DNA of 64,000 nt from a virus (taxonomy: Duplodnaviria > Caudoviricetes), in the IMG/VR virus record IMGVR_UViG_3300005686_000008. One strand, 5' to 3'. Of this stretch, positions 16,258 to 26,101 are shown piece after piece; positions within the stretch are counted from its first letter, which is position 1; every line of letters starts with the position of its first letter. The notes below the pieces were generated by a model. That model saw only the letters and a program-made list of their open reading frames with translations, did not search any database and had not been told where the DNA came from. The translations under genes and the position numbers were made by a program.

Positions 16258-17804
16258 TGACAGTATTTGCTTCTAAAATAGATTCTCCCAGAGACCCAAG
16301 ACAGCCTTGGGAAATGACTGGACAAGAATACTTGGCAGACAATTATACTGGCAGTATTTCTTCTGGCGCTTACGATTCTTATGCTGACTCTAAAGGCCTT
16401 GATTGGGTAAAATATGAAAAATTTGGAATACTGATTGATACTCTTAATATAAATGGTCAACCTGTAGAAATACGAGCAAAACAAGAAAAGAACAAATATG
16501 TAAAGCATGATGAAAATGATGAAATTGTTCGAGACCAAAAAGGGATGGCCTTATATCTTACTGATGAAGAGATTCAATCTAAAGGATATTCATTAGAAGA
16601 GTTTACTATTGCGGCTTTTGCGAATAAGATTCCCGTAGGTATTGCGAGCGATGAATGGGGAGCATCTGGTGTCTGGGTTGTAAAGGATTTTCAACGTCAA
16701 GGTTTAGGTATTCGATTACTAGAAGAATTACATCGCCTAAATCCTCGTCTCGCGAAAAATAGGCTTGGTCAAATGACAAATGCTGGTTGGAACATGACAA
16801 AAGCCTATCATAAACGTCTTGTTCAAAAGGCCTTGCAAGAAGGGAAGAGTGTTCCTCAAAATGTTTTACAAGAATATCCGGAATTTGCTAATCAAAAACA
16901 ATCTATGGTTACATATTTCGAACTAGAAAAAATTGCAGATAGACTAACTATTGCGCCAAATGTTTATCCAGAGGACAGACCAATTCTAAAAGACTCTGAT
17001 TATGTTAGAGTTTTTCATGGATTTAGGGATATGGAAGATGCGATAGCAGCATGTCGTTATGGTATATCTGGAAAATCTAGAGTTGGAAGAGTTTATTCGT
17101 ATGAGGCTGACAACAATCCAACAGGCTTATTTGTTACAACCAATCCAAAGGCGGCTGCTGAGTTTGGTGAAGTCATCATTGAGTTCCATGCAAAAGGAAC
17201 AGAGCTAGAGGCTCCTGTTTGGCCGGGAGGCTCATATACCGTTCAAGGTCAAATGGCTCAATACTTTGGTAATAACAAAGCTAAAAGAGAAGAAGCAAGA
17301 CAGTTAGCCCGACAAAGGGCCATTGAAAGAGGATTTGATCCTATCAGCAAGAGCGACCGTCCTGAACTTGCAAATACTCTCATGGCATTTGGAGAAAACC
17401 AAGCGCTCTTTATTGGGCATCTTAATCCAAACAGAATAACTAGAGTCTGGTTGAGAGGAAATAGAGGAGAGCTTCATGTTCTTTCTCGAAGAGAGTTTCT
17501 TGTAAAAAACAAGGGTTACAATTTCTCTCAAAAGAGCGGCAAAGATGCATGGCAAGCATCTCATAGAGCATTTCGAGTTGATGAAGACTTCAATCCAGAT
17601 AAGTTAGTTCAATGGCTTTCTTCCAAATATGGAAATCGTTGGTCTTTCGATGAGGCCAAGAAAATCCTTGTAAGAGCTTTAGGCGCTAAAGACTTATACA
17701 CAATGAAGTATGAGTTATTGAAGTATGTTTGGCCGAAACAGTTACCTGCCGCTCTAAGATGGCTTGGCAGGGAATACAGGGCAACCAACAAATTAACGCC
17801 TTAA
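16257..17804 (+). CDS. GNAT acetyltransferase plus ADP-ribosyltransferase-like polyvalent protein
   Basis: VKDFQRQGLGIRLL (GNAT motif A); VRVFHG...GLFVTTNPKAAAEFG (ART-like); start coupled to the previous stop. Confidence 0.65.
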   Translation: MTVFASKIDSPRDPRQPWEMTGQEYLADNYTGSISSGAYDSYADSKGLDWVKYEKFGILIDTLNINGQPVEIRAKQEKNKYVKHDENDEIVRDQKGMALYLTDEEIQSKGYSLEEFTIAAFANKIPVGIASDEWGASGVWVVKDFQRQGLGIRLLEELHRLNPRLAKNRLGQMTNAGWNMTKAYHKRLVQKALQEGKSVPQNVLQEYPEFANQKQSMVTYFELEKIADRLTIAPNVYPEDRPILKDSDYVRVFHGFRDMEDAIAACRYGISGKSRVGRVYSYEADNNPTGLFVTTNPKAAAEFGEVIIEFHAKGTELEAPVWPGGSYTVQGQMAQYFGNNKAKREEARQLARQRAIERGFDPISKSDRPELANTLMAFGENQALFIGHLNPNRITRVWLRGNRGELHVLSRREFLVKNKGYNFSQKSGKDAWQASHRAFRVDEDFNPDKLVQWLSSKYGNRWSFDEAKKILVRALGAKDLYTMKYELLKYVWPKQLPAALRWLGREYRATNKLTP

Positions 17805-18347
17805 ATATTGTTGAACCCAGTACATATCAATAGCATAGTAGTTTTTTACGTTGATTACTGAGGTATCAGTTCTAACAACATTAATAGTTCCGTTTTCTAC
17901 TATAAAGAAGTCCTGCATAAGCTGAAGATTTGGAACCTGTTCATACATCTTTATCATGGGAAGGACATAGTTACGTCTCATGAAATATGGAGCATACAAG
18001 TAACTTCCGCCTCCTTCGCCATACCAGTACAAGATCTTATCATTAGGGCAAGCCCACGGCATTATTCTTTGTTCTACTGAACCGGAAGGAGCAGAGATAA
18101 ATGATGATAGTTTGTATGATAGATTTAGTTCTGGAACAGAACATTCTCTTCCAAATGCATCTGGAAAGTCTTTCCTTTCATCAACGTACATTTGAATGCC
18201 TGTCGCTATTTGTCTGAGATTATTTCTGCAAACGATCTCTCTAGATGTAAACCTAGCCTTTGCAAGAGTAGGCGTAATGATGGCAATAAGAAGTCCGATA
18301 ATAAAAATCACAACAAGCAATTCTATTATTGTAAAACCCTTTGCCAT
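17793..18347 (-). CDS. second prepilin-type N-terminal methylation domain protein (DUF1559-like)
   Basis: MAKGFTIIELLVVIFIIGLLIAII...VCRNNLRQI; paralogue of the gene at 12625. Confidence 0.9.
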   Translation of the reverse strand: MAKGFTIIELLVVIFIIGLLIAIITPTLAKARFTSREIVCRNNLRQIATGIQMYVDERKDFPDAFGRECSVPELNLSYKLSSFISAPSGSVEQRIMPWACPNDKILYWYGEGGGSYLYAPYFMRRNYVLPMIKMYEQVPNLQLMQDFFIVENGTINVVRTDTSVINVKNYYAIDMYWVQQYLRR

Positions 18348-18446
18348 ATACACTTAAGTATATATAGGGAGTTTGTAGTCCTCCTATTTTAACATAAATA
18401 CGGCGTTCTTTGTGTTTTTTGGCATTACATGACGATGTTTGTGATT

Positions 18447-18695
18447 ATGGCAAAATCAAAAGGGCGGCGGGGATTAATCACAACCAAGGACTTTGTAAGA
18501 ACGCTTTCCAAGATGGGGATAAGTTGCAAGCAAGTTGAGGGCGGTTATAAGTTTGTGAACCCCAAAACAAAGCAAACAAGCAACATTCATGCTCATGGGG
18601 AAAAGCACGAATTAAATCCATCTGTTATTAAGAAAACTGTTATATGGCTCGGTTTGGATTACGATCAGTTCAATTCGGCGGTTTTTGATCAGTAG
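18447..18695 (+). CDS. HicA-like mRNA interferase
   Basis: KDFVRTLSKMGI...YKFVNP...IHAHG...ELNPSVIKK..LGL. Confidence 0.6.
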   Translation: MAKSKGRRGLITTKDFVRTLSKMGISCKQVEGGYKFVNPKTKQTSNIHAHGEKHELNPSVIKKTVIWLGLDYDQFNSAVFDQ

Positions 18696-19752
18696 GCTCA
18701 AAAGGCTCTTGGTCATACTGGGGTTCATAGAGCGGCGGCATTGGAGGGGATGGTTTCTTTCTAGTAGGGAATTTAGAACCAACTTCTTTAAGTTGTTTAT
18801 CCCAATGTCTAAAATCTGTCATATTGCTTAGTTTGCTCATGACTGATTCTATTTCACTAGAATCTTCTCCTGTCGCTTCGGAAATAAACGCCAACATCGG
18901 ACCTGATTGGTGAGATGTATTGATAACCAAGTTAATTGAGGATATAGCCAAATTAAAAGGCATATTTGGAATTTGTAATATCATTTTATAAGCATTCTCA
19001 ACTCGGTCTCTAGTTTCGTCTATTCCTCTTTGTTGCCAGAACTCATACCAAATAGGGAAACATGCAAACTGCATAAATTCGAAAAGTATTTCCTCAAGAC
19101 CATAAAACTGAGATAATGCAGAAATAAGTTGTATCATATCATCTTGGTAGAATGTATTTACAAACTCGGAAAAATCCATTTCTTTATAATATTGTTCCAA
19201 TTCTTCTTTTATCTGGTCTTCTGTTTTTTCATTTCCTGAGTCAGAGATAAGATTTTCTAGATCAGCTTCAATTAGTTCATTTTTACAATCATTGAGCCAT
19301 GCTGATATTACTTCAGCTTCTCCGCTTTTTACAGCATAATCCATTTTTTCAAACACTATGCTTGGGTCAATGTTTTTAACATTCTTTTCAACATTAGCTT
19401 CTGTAAGAATTAATTCAGCGACTGCTTCTGGAGTATGACCGTATATATCATCCCATTGTTTAATTCTGTCTTCTGCCCATATTGCAGGCGAAAGAAGCGC
19501 GTGGCCTTGTAGCCAAGTGGCAAAAACTGGTTCTAATATATTAGCAATATCCTGAATACATTGTCGAGTAGAGGCTTCTAAGCCTTTGAGAATATTTTCA
19601 TATCTTTTGGGATAACCCTTAAAACCTTGAGTAGTAATTCTTTGATATTTGTAAACAAGTTCATAGAGAGTCTCAAGACAACTAATAAGAGATCTATTGT
19701 TGTATTGTTTATCCCAGATTTGGCCGTATTTTGCTAGTTCAAACCATCTCAT
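18670..19752 (-). CDS. hypothetical protein with N-terminal WF tag
   Basis: MRWFELAK start downstream of a TACGATAA box. Confidence 0.75.
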   Translation of the reverse strand: MRWFELAKYGQIWDKQYNNRSLISCLETLYELVYKYQRITTQGFKGYPKRYENILKGLEASTRQCIQDIANILEPVFATWLQGHALLSPAIWAEDRIKQWDDIYGHTPEAVAELILTEANVEKNVKNIDPSIVFEKMDYAVKSGEAEVISAWLNDCKNELIEADLENLISDSGNEKTEDQIKEELEQYYKEMDFSEFVNTFYQDDMIQLISALSQFYGLEEILFEFMQFACFPIWYEFWQQRGIDETRDRVENAYKMILQIPNMPFNLAISSINLVINTSHQSGPMLAFISEATGEDSSEIESVMSKLSNMTDFRHWDKQLKEVGSKFPTRKKPSPPMPPLYEPQYDQEPFEPTDQKPPN

Positions 19753-19835
19753 GCTTATTATCTTATCGTAAAAAATGAAGTATTCCTTGTTGCTCAAAGG
19801 AAAAGGCCCTTCTTTTTCGATAATATAAGTAAGAT

Positions 19836-20333
19836 ATGTGGTATACTTTAGCCTCAGAAGGAACGGTCACGTTATATCATGGCACAAGTCGTGAGAATTA
19901 TCTTTTAATGAAAATAAGCGGAGTTTTCAAAAGGTCAGGAGTTGCGAATCTAACCACTAATAAAAAGTCAGCTATAGCTTGGGCGAGAGCAATAGCAGGA
20001 GATGACGATCTTGTTGTTTTAACATTTGTTGTACCTGTTGAAATGCTTGATTACAATCTTAATGTTGAAAACGTTCTTGGTCTTACTGATATACCAATGA
20101 AGTTTTGCAAAAAAGTAGAAAAAATACGTCCTGTAGACGAGATAATAGATCCAACAGATGTTATACATGATACAAGGATTAAGAATCTCAAACCAGAAGA
20201 TATGTCTAATCCATCCAACCCTCAGCATGAAAAGCAAATTCAGGACAAGTTGAGTGAATTACGCAGAAATCCTAGTGCATATATCCCTGCATGGATGAAG
20301 AATGATCCGAGATTAAAGGGCTATCTAAGATGA
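19836..20333 (+). CDS. ADP-ribosyltransferase-like protein with WY tag
   Basis: MWYTLAS...VTLYHGTS...NLTTNKKSAIAWA. Confidence 0.55.
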   Translation: MWYTLASEGTVTLYHGTSRENYLLMKISGVFKRSGVANLTTNKKSAIAWARAIAGDDDLVVLTFVVPVEMLDYNLNVENVLGLTDIPMKFCKKVEKIRPVDEIIDPTDVIHDTRIKNLKPEDMSNPSNPQHEKQIQDKLSELRRNPSAYIPAWMKNDPRLKGYLR

Positions 20334-23300
20334 ATTGGTACAAGAAAGCACATCAAATGAAGAAGAAAGCAAACGGGCCATGTCCGCAATGCGGCGGTCC
20401 TATGGTTAAGAGGAAGAACAGTAAAACCGGACAAGAATTTTGGGGTTGTTCTAACTACTCAAAGGGATGCAGGGGAACAAAACCTGTTGAAGCTCCTCGC
20501 CAGCAGCCTCAAGCTCCTCAACCAGCTATAGCTCGCCCTCAACCAATTCAGGCTCCGGTTCCAGCTCCTGCGGATAAAAAACTATGGCTTCTCGCAACCA
20601 TGCTTGATGATGGAACTCCTATTGCTGTTACCAGAGGCGTAAACGGGTGGGAGTATAAGAGAGAAAACGGAGAAGAAGGAACTCTTCCAAACGCTAATAT
20701 TGCTAATCTAATAAAGTCTGTTGAAAAAGACGGCAAGAAAGTAAGCGGAGCAGCGCCTGAAGAAGTGTTTAAAATATTCCACCAAATGAACAATCAGCAA
20801 CCTCAAGAGGTTGAAAAGCCAAAGGAAGAGGGAGTTAAGGGAAGAATACCTGCTGATAGAATGAGTCCTCATCAAAAGGGGATTGAGAATTCATTCCTAA
20901 ATACTCAGCAAAGTGTTATGATAAATGCATTAGCAGGCACGGGTAAGACAACAATGCTTCGCCACTTGGCGACTTTCAAAGACCCTGGAGCAAAATGGCT
21001 CTATCTTGTTTTCAACAAGAAGAATCAACTTGAAGCGTCTGAGGGTAAAGGCAAATTCCCTAATGGAGTTGAAGTAAAAACAAGTCACTCATTCCTTGGA
21101 CAAGTTTTAGGTCGCAGCGCTGATCTCAATGCTATTCAAAAAACAGACTTATGGAATAGAGGCGGAGAAAGAATATCAGTCATTCTAGATAGTATGATGG
21201 AGGGAGATAATACTTTCCCTCAATCTGTTCGTTTTGTTGCAAAGCAGGTTATTAAACAAGTTGCGAGCTGGAGTAAGGGTTTTGCTGTTAATCCGGCGTC
21301 CCTGAATGCAGCAGAACAAGTTGCTGCCATAATCAAGCAATATGGGGTTGACACGGATCTTTCTACAAATAAAGACAATCCGCAACCCGGAAGAGCAATT
21401 GATTATACTCCTCAGATAATTGATAAAGTTTTAGACCTTCTTCATTATTGCTTGCCAGGCAATGCCCCAAGCGCAGAACTCGGAATTATGAGAGACCATG
21501 ATGACACGTTATGGTATTCTGCGATTAACCCAAATATCAAGTGGCCTCGTTATGATGTTGTTTTGGCTGACGAAGTACAAGACTTCAATCGTTGTCAAAC
21601 TTTCATGCTTCAAAAACTTTCAGAAGCAGGAGCGAGAGTTGTTGCGGTAGGAGATCCAAATCAGTGTCAACCTGCGGGAACTATAATATCTTTGACTAAT
21701 GGAATTTCTAAACCAATAGAGAACGTTGTTGCTGGAGATGAAGTAATAACATATAACACAAAGAAAAGTTATTTCCCTGGAACAAAAAATCAAGGAAGGA
21801 AAGTTATACAAGTTGCGTCTAGAGATTTCTATGGTCAACTTATAACAATTAAAACGTCAAAATATGAACACAAATGTACACCAAATCACAGGTGCCTTGT
21901 TAAATTTAATGCTGATAATAAATATGCGCTATATCTAATGATAAAAGGAGATTCGGCAAGAGTTGGCATTGCTAAAGTGAAATATTTTCAATCATTTGGA
22001 CCAGCAATGAGAGCTATATCGGAAGAAGCGGATAGTCTTTGGGTTTTAGATGTTTTTGAAACTCAAGAAAAAGCCAGATTGGAGGAAATGCTTACTTGGT
22101 CTAAATTTGGTTTACCTGGTCTTATATTTAAACATAATGGGCAAAAAACAGGATCACAAGAATTTATTGATAAGTTTTACAATCAACTTGGAAATAATCT
22201 AGAAAAAGCTAAAAAATGCCTTTCTCATTATGGAAGAGATTTTTCTTATCCTCTTTGGACAAAAAAAGAACAGGAAAGATTTGGAACGTTAAAACAGAAT
22301 TATATTGGTAGTAAGAAAAGCTTTGTAACTCAATCTTGTAATCTAATTTCTGGAGCTATGCAAGTTAGAACTTTTGAGGGATCTAATAGGGGAGGAAATT
22401 GGGAAACAATTCAGGTATCAAGAGAAGATTCTAATTGTAAAGTTTATAGTCTCGAAGTTGAACCAACAGAAGATGGGAAAAGATTATATATAGCAAATAA
22501 TATAGTTACTCATAACTCTATTTATATGTTTAGAGGAGCTGATGCTCAGGCTTTCAATTCTGTACAACAAGTTCTTGGTAACGCTCCTAATGGCAATGCC
22601 CCGCATTCTCTTCCTGTCAACTATCGCAGCGGTCGCAAGATTATACAATACGTCAATGAGAATACTCACGTTAAGGATCTTCAAGCCGGCAAGGATTTTG
22701 ACGGAACTGTAACAGAGAATCGTCCTGCTGAAGAAGCTGTTAGCGGCATAGTTACAGAAAAGAATAGAGGCGGCAGGCTTGCAATGCAAACCTCATTTAT
22801 TGCAAGAACAAACGCTCCTCTTGTTAGGACGGCTCTTGATTTAATGTCAAATGATGTAGATTTCGTTATGATAGGAAGAGATTTTTCCAAAGAGCTTACA
22901 GACCATATTGAAAACGTAACTGGCAAAGGAAGAAACGCCAAAGTTATTCCTATTAACAATCTTGACATGGCGCTCATTGATTATGTTTCTAGAATGGAAA
23001 ATGCTTGGAAGGGAAAAATAAGCAAAGAAGGCGAACTCAAGGAAATGAAGATCATTAATGATGCCCTTATGGACGTTATTGAGTTTCTAAAAAGAAACAA
23101 CTTCAGAGACAGAAAACTCAACGTTCAGGTTACAAACAGCACAACATTTATTTCTTACATAAAGCAGAAGTTTTCTGGCGTAAATATTGACGACGCTGCT
23201 GAAGCTCAGAAGTTAAGAGAAAGAGACCCTCTATCTTTTGTAACATTAACTTCTGCTCACAGATCCAAGGGTCTTGAGTTTGATAGAGTTTTCATTCTTG

Positions 23301-23902
23301 AACCTCAACTTTTCCCTCATCCAAAGTCTAAGACTCCAGAAGCTTTAGCTCAAGAAGAAAACGCCAAGTATGTTGCATTTACAAGAGCCATGAAAGAGCT
23401 TCATGTTCTTGCTCCAAGCAAGGAAGAGAAGAAGCAAGAAAGAAACGCCTCTTCTAAATCAAAGAAAAAGAACGGATGGTATGTAAAAGCTAAGACTCCA
23501 AAATCAATAAAAGTGGTTGAAGCCTTTATTACTCCTGAAAACCTAAGAACTCTTCAACAAATGGGGTATCAGAAGAATGAAGAGTTTTTCATAGGTCCAT
23601 ACGAGTTGTATATCATAGGTCATCCTGGCGCTCAAATGTATCAACTTGCCATACAAACAAGAAATACTCAGGCCGTAGATATTAAACAACAAAACATGAA
23701 ATTCAAAATGGAGCCAGATACAGATCCTGGCTATATCAATGATATAAAGAGTAAGATTATAGAATGGAAAAGCAAATACGGTGATTTAGTTATTGCGTCT
23801 CATAATCCAAAGAAAACAGAAAAGTACAAAAACATTCTAACTTATCTTGGATTTGAACCAAGGCAAACAAACTTTATGGGTCACACTCTTTATGTAATAT
23901 AA
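20330..23902 (+). CDS. UvrD/Rep-family SF1 helicase with N-terminal topoisomerase-type Zn ribbon and an intein
   Basis: CPQCGGPMVKR...FWGCSNY..C; ALAGTGKT; DEVQD; VGDPNQ|intein|SIYMFRGA; SAHRSKGLEFDRV; YVAFTRA. Confidence 0.9.
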   Translation: MNWYKKAHQMKKKANGPCPQCGGPMVKRKNSKTGQEFWGCSNYSKGCRGTKPVEAPRQQPQAPQPAIARPQPIQAPVPAPADKKLWLLATMLDDGTPIAVTRGVNGWEYKRENGEEGTLPNANIANLIKSVEKDGKKVSGAAPEEVFKIFHQMNNQQPQEVEKPKEEGVKGRIPADRMSPHQKGIENSFLNTQQSVMINALAGTGKTTMLRHLATFKDPGAKWLYLVFNKKNQLEASEGKGKFPNGVEVKTSHSFLGQVLGRSADLNAIQKTDLWNRGGERISVILDSMMEGDNTFPQSVRFVAKQVIKQVASWSKGFAVNPASLNAAEQVAAIIKQYGVDTDLSTNKDNPQPGRAIDYTPQIIDKVLDLLHYCLPGNAPSAELGIMRDHDDTLWYSAINPNIKWPRYDVVLADEVQDFNRCQTFMLQKLSEAGARVVAVGDPNQCQPAGTIISLTNGISKPIENVVAGDEVITYNTKKSYFPGTKNQGRKVIQVASRDFYGQLITIKTSKYEHKCTPNHRCLVKFNADNKYALYLMIKGDSARVGIAKVKYFQSFGPAMRAISEEADSLWVLDVFETQEKARLEEMLTWSKFGLPGLIFKHNGQKTGSQEFIDKFYNQLGNNLEKAKKCLSHYGRDFSYPLWTKKEQERFGTLKQNYIGSKKSFVTQSCNLISGAMQVRTFEGSNRGGNWETIQVSREDSNCKVYSLEVEPTEDGKRLYIANNIVTHNSIYMFRGADAQAFNSVQQVLGNAPNGNAPHSLPVNYRSGRKIIQYVNENTHVKDLQAGKDFDGTVTENRPAEEAVSGIVTEKNRGGRLAMQTSFIARTNAPLVRTALDLMSNDVDFVMIGRDFSKELTDHIENVTGKGRNAKVIPINNLDMALIDYVSRMENAWKGKISKEGELKEMKIINDALMDVIEFLKRNNFRDRKLNVQVTNSTTFISYIKQKFSGVNIDDAAEAQKLRERDPLSFVTLTSAHRSKGLEFDRVFILEPQLFPHPKSKTPEALAQEENAKYVAFTRAMKELHVLAPSKEEKKQERNASSKSKKKNGWYVKAKTPKSIKVVEAFITPENLRTLQQMGYQKNEEFFIGPYELYIIGHPGAQMYQLAIQTRNTQAVDIKQQNMKFKMEPDTDPGYINDIKSKIIEWKSKYGDLVIASHNPKKTEKYKNILTYLGFEPRQTNFMGHTLYVI
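21665..22516 (+). mobile_element. intein (284 aa) in helicase motif III with a non-LAGLIDADG, possibly GIY-YIG-like, insert
   Basis: Starts CQPAGT, has block B CTPNH, ends VTHN before S; removal restores GDPNQ-SIY. Confidence 0.9.
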
Positions 23903-23911
23903 AGGTCCAGC

Positions 23912-26101
23912 ATGAGATGGTTTACCAAATTATCTGATGAACAAAGCAGAAGGCAGGGATTGCTTAAACAGTTCCCCAAAGCCGATCCTGCGCTTATAGA
24001 TAATGTTATGCAAGCCGATCCGTCTATCAATAAACAATATAGTCGTTTCATTTTGCAATGGGCATTAAACGGCAGCATTCGTTTACCAGAAGATTCCGGA
24101 AGGCTCAGTAGGTCTCTTTCTTTCTTCGGTTCAAACTTCAATAAGTTTCAGAAGAAAGACATTAGCGCTTATCCAACTTTCAATGATTTTGAGTTTGCCG
24201 TTGATAGTGTTATTGATATAATGCAGGGCAAAGACAACAGAAGCAACAGGCAAGTTGTTAGGGACATAAAGACAGAAGGAACCAGAGAAGTTTATCGAGA
24301 TAATGAGTGGCGTATTATTGAGATGACAACGCCTCAAGCCGTATGCGAACTAGGTAAAGGAACGAAGTGGTGTACGGCTGCTGATGATGACGGTCTAGAA
24401 ACTGCTGAGTCTTACCTACAGAGCGGTTCTTTATTTCTCATTTTGTATAATAGCGGAACTAAATGGGAAAAGTATGCTCAGTTCACGAAAGACCTTGATC
24501 AAATAATGGATGTTAGGGATAGGCAGATTGTAAAGCCTCCTCAATCTCTTGTTGTCGCCATTAAGTCCTTGATAGAAAAAGGCATTTTGAGGGCTGACCA
24601 TTTCTGGGAAAACTTTACGGCTTCAAGAGATTACGAAGGGGTAGACCAGGATTTTGTAAATTGGTTCAAGTATGAAGAAGAAAAATCTGATGGATTTTTA
24701 CCTAATGAGGTTCTTAAAGAGATATTCAGGCATATAAAATCTTATGGAGTAAGGATGCCTGCCGTTGAAAACAACATTATATTTACAAGAACAAAGAGCG
24801 ATAAAAAGAAATATCACGGCCTTATTGATGGCGATAGAATATCTGAATATCTTGAAGCTATTGGCGTAAACAAGAGAATAAAAGAAAAAGAGCCTGCTAT
24901 ATTGCAATCTACATTTGCTATGGAATATTACATGGATTTCTACAATGAACTGAAAGGATACAACAGGCTTCGTAAAGAAGTAGTCAAAGATATAAATGGA
25001 CTTGAACGTTGGCCAGAACTTGAGCAAGCCTTTCTATCTAATCCTTATAGATCAGAAGAGATGGTGGAGTATCTTTGGCAGACAAATGGGCATAAGAGAG
25101 CCGAGCCTATTTTTGAGCAATATCTTCTTAATTGCGCGAAACAATCAAAGAGTCAGTCCTTTGAGCATTGTATTCAGTATGCAAAAAACTGTAATATGAG
25201 ATGGGACGAGCTTGAAAAAGCCATTCTATCGACTGAGGATCCAGCATCTCTTACTGAATATGCTGAAGATATTCTTAGACAAAGGTGGCCTGAGGCGGAA
25301 CCTTTGATTCTAAATAACACATGGAATGCGTATTTGTATGCAAGAGAAGTTATTAGAGGAAGATGGCCAGAGCTTGAAAAGATCCTTTTAAGGAGCGGAG
25401 ACGGGTGGACTAGCGCTGCTTATGCTGTAAACGTTATGAGATCAAGATGGCCCGAGATGGAAAGATATATGAAGAATTTTGGATTTGATAACACAAATCA
25501 ATTATATGAAAAGACATTTGGGGTTAAACTGAAAGAGGCTAGCATGACTTGGTATAAAAGGTGTCAAAGACTAACTCCTCAGCAGATGGGGATGTATCAA
25601 AACTTCAAAAGCCCAACTGGTGTTCAGTTGAAAGGTAGCGGAATGTCTGCTGTTTTTCAGATTCCCGGCATCAATCAAACAATCAATGGCGCTCAACTTA
25701 TGAATCAAGTTGTTGCCAGAATAAAAGGCGTTCTTAATCAAAACAACGTTCACACAATAGATACAAGTCCTGTTTCTAGAGCCGATGCTATAGGGTTGGC
25801 AGTAAGTTCTGAACCAGGAACTGTCCATGTCGATATTGCAAAAATATTCAATATAGTCAAGAATCAGACGTTGCCTGCTGTTACCCAACTTGACGGGACA
25901 ACGGTTGACAAAGACGTTCAAAATGACATTATAGGTAAAATTTCATCATACATTACGAATCAGCTAGCAAATACAGCAGCTCACGAATCTCAGCATAATA
26001 TAGACTATTTTCAGAGTTTTCCAAAGGGCAAGTTTGAGTCTCCTGAAGGAGGGGCAGAGGCTTTTGGTAATCAAATAGCAAATCAGTATTTTAGACCATG
26101 A
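23912..26101 (+). CDS. multidomain protein: WCT/PcfJ-like domain, RWPE(L/A/M)E repeats, C-terminal HExxH domain
   Basis: LGKGTKWCTA; ~5 RW(P/D)ExE repeats; AAHESQH. Confidence 0.7.
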   Translation: MRWFTKLSDEQSRRQGLLKQFPKADPALIDNVMQADPSINKQYSRFILQWALNGSIRLPEDSGRLSRSLSFFGSNFNKFQKKDISAYPTFNDFEFAVDSVIDIMQGKDNRSNRQVVRDIKTEGTREVYRDNEWRIIEMTTPQAVCELGKGTKWCTAADDDGLETAESYLQSGSLFLILYNSGTKWEKYAQFTKDLDQIMDVRDRQIVKPPQSLVVAIKSLIEKGILRADHFWENFTASRDYEGVDQDFVNWFKYEEEKSDGFLPNEVLKEIFRHIKSYGVRMPAVENNIIFTRTKSDKKKYHGLIDGDRISEYLEAIGVNKRIKEKEPAILQSTFAMEYYMDFYNELKGYNRLRKEVVKDINGLERWPELEQAFLSNPYRSEEMVEYLWQTNGHKRAEPIFEQYLLNCAKQSKSQSFEHCIQYAKNCNMRWDELEKAILSTEDPASLTEYAEDILRQRWPEAEPLILNNTWNAYLYAREVIRGRWPELEKILLRSGDGWTSAAYAVNVMRSRWPEMERYMKNFGFDNTNQLYEKTFGVKLKEASMTWYKRCQRLTPQQMGMYQNFKSPTGVQLKGSGMSAVFQIPGINQTINGAQLMNQVVARIKGVLNQNNVHTIDTSPVSRADAIGLAVSSEPGTVHVDIAKIFNIVKNQTLPAVTQLDGTTVDKDVQNDIIGKISSYITNQLANTAAHESQHNIDYFQSFPKGKFESPEGGAEAFGNQIANQYFRP

